A program made the translations under genes and the position numbers. Source: Eledone cirrhosa (taxonomy: Eukaryota). Taken from it: 64,000 bases of DNA. A model generated the notes under the pieces. That model saw only the letters and a program-made list of their open reading frames with translations. It did no database searches and was not told the DNA's origin. This document shows, piece after piece, positions 62,664-64,000 of the stretch; positions within the stretch are counted from its first letter, which is position 1; every line of letters starts with the position of its first letter. Where the stretch lies: contig OZ024743.1 of assembly GCA_964016885.1 (NCBI GenBank), positions 43,462,001-43,526,000 on the forward strand. Direction: 5' to 3'.

Positions 62664-64000
62664 ATACATGGGGAGCGTCATATTTGTGTAATAATATTGC
62701 CAGAATTAATAACAGACACACTCACTGTTTGGTTGGTTTTCGCTTCTGTGTCTTTTCTATCGGTTAATTTAATTTATTCCGTCCTCAATGTCAAAAATAC
62801 AGATACTATATAGACACAAACACATATATATAGTCTAACAAAGTTCTTTCGTTGCACATCTGCAAAACGTCAGTGGTGCTATTATGTTTCCTCCCGTTGT
62901 ATTGTATGCCTACACCATCTTTATTTAGTCTGTTTATTTATTTATTTATTTTTGTCTTCTCTGTGCATGCGTTTGCGTCTGTGTATAGTGTTTTGTTTGA
63001 TGTGTGTTAGTGTTGAGGTGACTGTGTATTGGTTATTGTATTTTATCTTAGTTTACTAGTGTGTGTTTATATGTGTTTGTTGTTATTGTGCTTGTGTGTG
63101 TATTTATTTATTTATTTATACTTCTCTTTGGTCAGTGTTGTTTGTTTGGGTGTTGTTATTCCATTCATTTTTTCTGTTTAGCCTTGGCCTTCTAAGTTCT
63201 ATTTCGCTGGCCTCTCTGATTTGCCTATCTGCTGGGTCATTTCTATGTTTAGATATTATTCTAATTTCTATGTTGTCTATGTTACCGTCATGTTGTTGTC
63301 TGGCATGTTCGTATAGTACTGAACCGTTTTTTCGTCCTCTTAGTTTCCCCCAGTATTGGTCTATCCTTTCATCTATGCTACAAGCTGTCTCGCCTATGTA
63401 TGTTGATCTCATGTTTCTGCTATAGACTACGTTTCTAGTTTTACAGTTTATCGGGTTCTTTACTTTACATATAATACATTTCCTATTAGTACAGTGGGTT
63501 TTCTTAAAAGGATAGGTTCTTGCTGATCAGGGATTTTATGGTGGTTCCTGGCTTTTCTACCACCTTAATCATTAAGTGGGTCTCTCTCAGGGCCTTTCTA
63601 CACTGGTTAGCTAATTTCCCTCCAGGGGTAGCGTCCACAAACATTTCACTCTGTTATCTCTGGTTGACGTACCATGAGGTGGATTTCCCTATCTCATGTC
63701 TAGTCCTATCTAAGCAATTCGATGATTTGCTCCTGTATAATGGGCAAATTCCTTTCATGTCCAGTTCTATGAGGGCCTTATACTTCTCCGTGGCTCCTTC
63801 GTATACTCTGATTCTCTCTCTTTGGTTGTAGCCAGAGAACTTCATGCGGTTGATGATGTGTTAGATGCGTCTTTCCATTTCTGTTGGGTAGCACATGCGG
63901 GACACGTTCTTCATCACTCGTACCAAGTCTGCGATCAGAATATTAAAAATAGCACTACTGGACATTGCTGAGTTTTTGAGTATCAGGTATTTGGAGGCCA
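62655..64000 (-). mobile_element. Decayed Penelope-like element (different clade): RT thumb/linker, GIY-YIG and 3' UTR; runs off the window
   Basis: ORF 63116-63412 STYIGET..ER..YEHARQQH..RQIREA..LNRKNEW; ORF 63654-63845 SGYNQRER..PLYR. Confidence 0.75.

Overview
AT-rich, microsatellite-dense animal DNA with no recognisable host gene. The SINE tails and repeat style suggest an octopus or other coleoid mollusc (inference). The window is a retrotransposon pile-up: (i) three ~5.6-6 kb Tx1/L1-group LINEs on the minus strand, each flanked on both sides by in-phase (AAT)n; (ii) two decayed R4/Dong-type restriction-like-endonuclease LINEs ending in (AAT)n, each preceded by a shared unexplained ~0.5-0.7 kb module; (iii) a 5'-truncated but uninterrupted RTE-type LINE with a PHD finger inside the RT; (iv) many Penelope-like elements (Neptune-like, Naiad-like, others) abutting (TA)n; (v) SINEs and a non-autonomous Helitron. 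The most notable pattern is that many PLE-associated inserts are fold-back (inverted-repeat) structures with arms from 37 bp to 1.08 kb. Their arms often carry minimal hammerhead ribozyme motifs, including U3-A8 and U9 core variants. A second candidate signal is a 52-nt intron-like spacer that would splice Tx1 ORF1 in frame to ORF2. All calls come from reading by eye; boundaries of decayed elements are approximate.
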